A stretch of 64,000 bases of DNA from Felis catus (Eukaryota). Shown here piece by piece: positions 60,408 to 64,000 of the stretch; within the stretch, counting starts at the first letter, position 1, and every line of letters begins with the position of its first letter. Location of the stretch: the NCBI RefSeq assembly GCF_018350175.1, contig NC_058369.1, forward strand, positions 2,420,001 through 2,484,000. Direction: 5' to 3'. The notes under the pieces were generated by a model that was not told the DNA's origin, searched no databases, and saw only the letters and a program-made list of their open reading frames with translations. Both the position numbers and the translations under genes were made by a program.

Positions 60408-60495
60408 GTCCCGGGTCGACTCTAAAACCCTGACCCGCAACACCAGGCTCATCGCGGAGGCCCTGACCCGAGTCATCTACAACCTGACCGAGAAG
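60408..60495 (+). CDS. NCLN: NCLN coding exon 10
   Basis: SRVDSKTLTRNTRLIAEALTRVIYNLTEK; uncommon aag| acceptor; 88 nt. Confidence 0.95.
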
Positions 60496-60585
60496 GTGAG
60501 CCCCCACCGCGCCCGCCAGCTCCCGGCCCGCCCCCGCCGGGCGGCCAGACTCAAGGTGCGTCCGCCCCCCCCACTGTCTCCACAG

Positions 60586-60624
60586 GGCACCCCCCCAGAC
60601 ATGCCGGTCTTCACGGAGCAGATG
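60586..60624 (+). CDS. NCLN: NCLN coding exon 11
   Basis: GTPPDMPVFTEQM; 39 nt; cag|...|gtaagg. Confidence 0.94.
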
Positions 60625-60741
60625 GTAAGGGCCGGGCTGGGGGCGGGGCTGGGGGCGGAGGAGGGGGCGGGGCCGGCGGGGGGCGGGGCGGGGCCGGAGG
60701 GGGCGGGGGCGGGATCCCGTGACCGCGGCCCCGCCCCGCAG

Positions 60742-60905
60742 CAGATCCAGCAGGAGCAGCTGGACTCCGTGATGGACTGGCTCACCAACCAGCCCCGCGC
60801 GGCCCAGCTGGTGGACAAGGACGGCACGTTCCTCAGCACCCTGGAGCACTACCTGAGCCGCTACCTGAAGGAGGTGAAGCAGCACCACATCAAGGCGGAC
60901 AAACG
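60742..60905 (+). CDS. NCLN: NCLN coding exon 12 (alternative start 60745, NAGNAG)
   Basis: QIQQEQLDSVMDWLTNQPRAAQLVDKDGTFLSTLEHYLSRYLKEVKQHHIKADKR; 164 nt. Confidence 0.94.
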
Positions 60906-60999
60906 GTGAGGCGCCGTCTACCCGCCCCCCCCCACCCCCGCCCGACAGCCGCGTGGGCTGTGGCTCCCCGCTCAGCAGGCACCCGGGGGCTTCCAGAGC

Positions 61000-61210
61000 A
61001 GATGGAAACAGTGGACGGAAGTAAAACAGGGAGTTCAAAGTACAGGTGTCCCGTTAAATGTGATTCCATGTAAATGCTTATTTACATGTTCTTGTTTAGC
61101 GTAAGTATGTCTCCTGTACTGTTTGGGATATACTTATACTGACGGCCGATTTTTCTTTATTTAAAATCCGAAGGTAACTGATGTCCTGTGTTTAATTGGG
61201 CAGCCTTGTA
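61000..61210. mobile_element. MER53-like remnant (partial copy also at ~45726-45830)
   Basis: aaagtacaggtgtcccgttaaat...gtaagtatgtc...ttgggatatacttatact...gggcagcct. Confidence 0.6.
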
Positions 61211-61887
61211 TGCCCCCCCCACCCCCCCCCACCCCCCGCCCTCTGGTCCCTTCATGCTCTGGTATCTAGTGACTCGTACCCCCGGTCCCCGGTCTGCCCT
61301 CAGGATGCTCCTCCCCACCACGGGCCAGCTGGGTTTTGTCTTTTTTTCTGCTGCTCAGAGCCCCCCACGTGGGCCAAGCTAGCACCTCAGGGCCTTGTGG
61401 CCGGAGGGAACCTGCAGGAGATCTCCCCACACTGCTTGGTGCCCTTTGCCGGCTTTTTATCTTCTCCCGACTCATGGTGTGCCTGAGAGTCAGAGCCCTT
61501 GGGCGGAAGAAGAAACCGAGGCTCAGAGTGGACCCACGGCTGTGGAGCCAGGGCCTCTGATTCCCAGACCACCTTGCCCTCTCTCTATGGAAATGCTTTC
61601 CAGACCAGTAAATTCTTAGCAGTCACCCTACTCCGTTTTTAAAGAGTGTTCTGACGCCCAGAAAAGCAATAGGAAAGAGGTTACTTCAGGACAAAGAATA
61701 GTTCTTCCCCAGGAGGGTGAGTGGCAGCTTTGCCCAAGCACACACGCACGCACGCACGCACGCACGCACGCACGTGCTCCCTCCCCCGTTCTGGGCCCAC
61801 GGGCCCTCCAGGCGGTCTGGTTTCTGGGCGACACAGAACGTGGCCCCGCTGCTGGGTGACCCCGCTGAGGAAGTGCTCTCTCCTCAG

Positions 61888-61941
61888 GGACCCCGAGTTT
61901 GTCTTCTATGACCAGCTGAAGCAGGTGATGAATGCCTACAG
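61888..61941 (+). CDS. NCLN: NCLN coding exon 13
   Basis: DPEFVFYDQLKQVMNAYR; 54 nt. Confidence 0.96.
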
Positions 61942-62039
61942 GTGAGCCTCCCTGGGTCACTGCCCGTGGCGTGCGGTCCAGGGACACGGAGGCAGCCCGC
62001 ACCCTCCCCTGACCCTGCCGACGCCCCGGTCTCCCTCAG

Positions 62040-62118
62040 GGTCAAGCCAGCCATCTTCGACCTGCTGTTGGCCGTCTGCATCGGCGCCTACCTCGGGATG
62101 GCCTACACGGCGGTCCAG
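62040..62118 (+). CDS. NCLN: NCLN coding exon 14 (transmembrane helix)
   Basis: VKPAIFDLLLAVCIGAYLGMAYTAVQ; 79 nt. Confidence 0.96.
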
Positions 62119-62252
62119 GTGAGCCGGGGGAGGGCCGGGAGGGGGCTCACCCAGCCAGGTGCGTGCTCACCCCCACCCTGCCTAGCAGGACGTGACCCCC
62201 AGGCAGCCCTTGGGCCCAGCTCTCACTCACGCCCCCCACGCCGCCCCTATAG

Positions 62253-62312
62253 CACTTCGACCTCCTGTACAGAACCGTTCAGAGACTGCTCGTGAAGGCC
62301 AAGACGCAGTGA
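62253..62312 (+). CDS. NCLN: NCLN coding exon 15 (to stop)
   Basis: HFDLLYRTVQRLLVKAKTQ*; exons sum to 1692 nt = 563 aa + stop. Confidence 0.96.
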   Translation, partial: HFDLLYRTVQRLLVKAKTQ

Positions 62313-63754
62313 CGCCCCCGCCTGCCACCCCTCCCCACGCCACAGCCGGCCGGCACCCCGAATTACAGAGCTTTTCGTGTTGCTCTTGAGGACTTGGGGG
62401 GTTCTTTCTCTTTTCTGTCCCGTGAACTCTATGGGAGGAGCATTTGGTGGAGGCCCCGGGGCCGGGCCCTGGACTTGGGGACAAGTCTGCGGACGAGCCC
62501 CCCGCCCCGGAGGCGACCCCCCAGCCCTCAGGGTTCACGGGCTGCAGGATGACCAGAAAGGCGCCCGGCACGTCCCTCCTTTTGCCCGCGACGCTGACCG
62601 GCGACTGCAGGCTGAGGGGCAGGGGGCCGCCCCTCTCTGGCCCTGTCTGGCCTCACGCCGCCCCGTCCGCCTGGTGATGTGGGTGCTCAGCCTCTTGTCT
62701 GCCGGGCAGCACCAGCCCATCCCTCGGAGACTGGGTCCCCCGCCCTGGCCTCTCGCCTCGGGTGCGGCCTTGGAACACGTGTCCCCCGAGCCCCTGGCTT
62801 GTCACAGCCTCTGCCCTCCCGCCGTGCCCAGGGCACTTGAGCCTGTCCCTCGGGGACCCGGCTGCCCCGACGCCCCTGGGGCGGGAGACAGGCGTGGAGA
62901 GAGGAGGCACCCTAGCCCTCTGCCCCTTCCCTTGGGCTCTCTGGGCCTCGGTCTCCTCACCTGTGGAGTGGAGGCTGTGTTCTGGGGGCAGCCGGTGCCC
63001 CCGAGTCTGAGGACGGCATCCAGGCTGGGGATCGAGGAGAGCGTTTGCTGGAGGAGACGTGGCTGCCCTTCCCAGGACCTGGGACCTGGAGAGGAAGGTC
63101 TGGGCCTGAACCCCACAAATCAGGCTCCTTGTAAGGGAAGGGTGTGGAGGGGGCCTCCAGTGCTGCTGAGATTGATCTCAGGGAGACCCAGGCGAACCGA
63201 TTCATTAGCAATATAATCAGTGAGGTGTTCTGTGCCGAGGGGAGGGTCAGGATGAGGGAGGCTCTGGGCACCTGCCTCAGCCCCCAGGGAGGCCTTAACG
63301 GAGGGTCTGGAGAGCAGGGGGACCGCTCCCTCCCACGTGCCCCCCCCCCCCAGCCCCAGCCCTCCCCAGAAGCCAGCTCACCACCCACTGCAGGGACGGG
63401 CTCCCGGGGGCTGTGTCTCCGTGTCCACCTTGGGCCTCCTGCCTTCGCCAAGCCAGACCGTCCCTGTCCCAGCCCCCCAGGCACAGGGAGGGGCAGGTGT
63501 GGGGTCTACAGGCTCTCCTGCCTCTGCCCCCCTCCCCCCCACCTTGCCCTGCTGGGTGGCCTGTCTCCCCCAGAGACTGTTTACCGAGTGCCCAGCCAGC
63601 CCGGCCACCTCTGGGGGCAGGACTCGAGGACCGGTGTTGGCCCGTCTTCCTCACGTGTGCCTGCCCAGCGGGTGTCCCTCCTGCTGGGGCGGCCGTCAGG
63701 ACTGCTAACTGTTCAGAGCTCAGGCTGGTTGGGGACGGACTTGGACGATCAGAA

Positions 63755-63760
63755 AATAAA
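63755..63760 (+). terminator. Polyadenylation signal AATAAA (NCLN)
   Basis: agaaAATAAAgcc ~1.44 kb after the stop, followed by GU-rich gtgttttgtg. Confidence 0.75.
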
Positions 63761-64000
63761 GCCATATCGAATGATCCGCCTCTCGTGTCCTGTCCGGGAG
63801 CCGCTTCTAGGGTGTTTTGTGCTCCTTGAGGGGCCTGGGGCCAGGGGAGCGGGGTCGGTCCTTCCTGCCCCCCAGCTGCCAGCTGAGGGTGGAAACCCAC
63901 TCGCTGTCCAGTGGGATCACGGGGTGTGTTTGATTCCTGGGGCAGCTGTACCCCGACCGGGCACCCTGAGCAAGTTTCTGGTCTCCCAGCTCTGGAGGCC

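Overview
Mammalian genomic DNA, very likely felid: it carries about 27 Can-SINEs, several of young SINEC_Fc type. The window is GC-rich and has the gene order of human 19p13.3: probable GNA11 3' UTR end (1-~940), then GNA15, S1PR4 and NCLN, all on the + strand. I assembled GNA15 as 7 coding exons (9583-30366, 374 aa), S1PR4 as a single coding exon (40571-41728, 385 aa) and NCLN as 15 coding exons (46693-62312, 563 aa). All junctions are GT-AG and both spliced frames stay open. The rest is SINEs, old L1/MLT1/MER remnants and several tandem repeats. I see no convincing new protein-coding gene or new multi-gene system. The best second-look items are regulatory or splicing features: a six-unit heat-shock element next to kB sites upstream of GNA15, a 34-bp CRE-like VNTR, a convergent CTCF-like pair around GNA15, a uORF overlapping a perfect splice donor in the NCLN 5' UTR, two consecutive in-frame stop-free NCLN introns, and a TSD-flanked array resembling L1 3' termini. 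Motif calls, repeat family names and orthologue comparisons are from reading and recall, not from searches; repeat boundaries are approximate.
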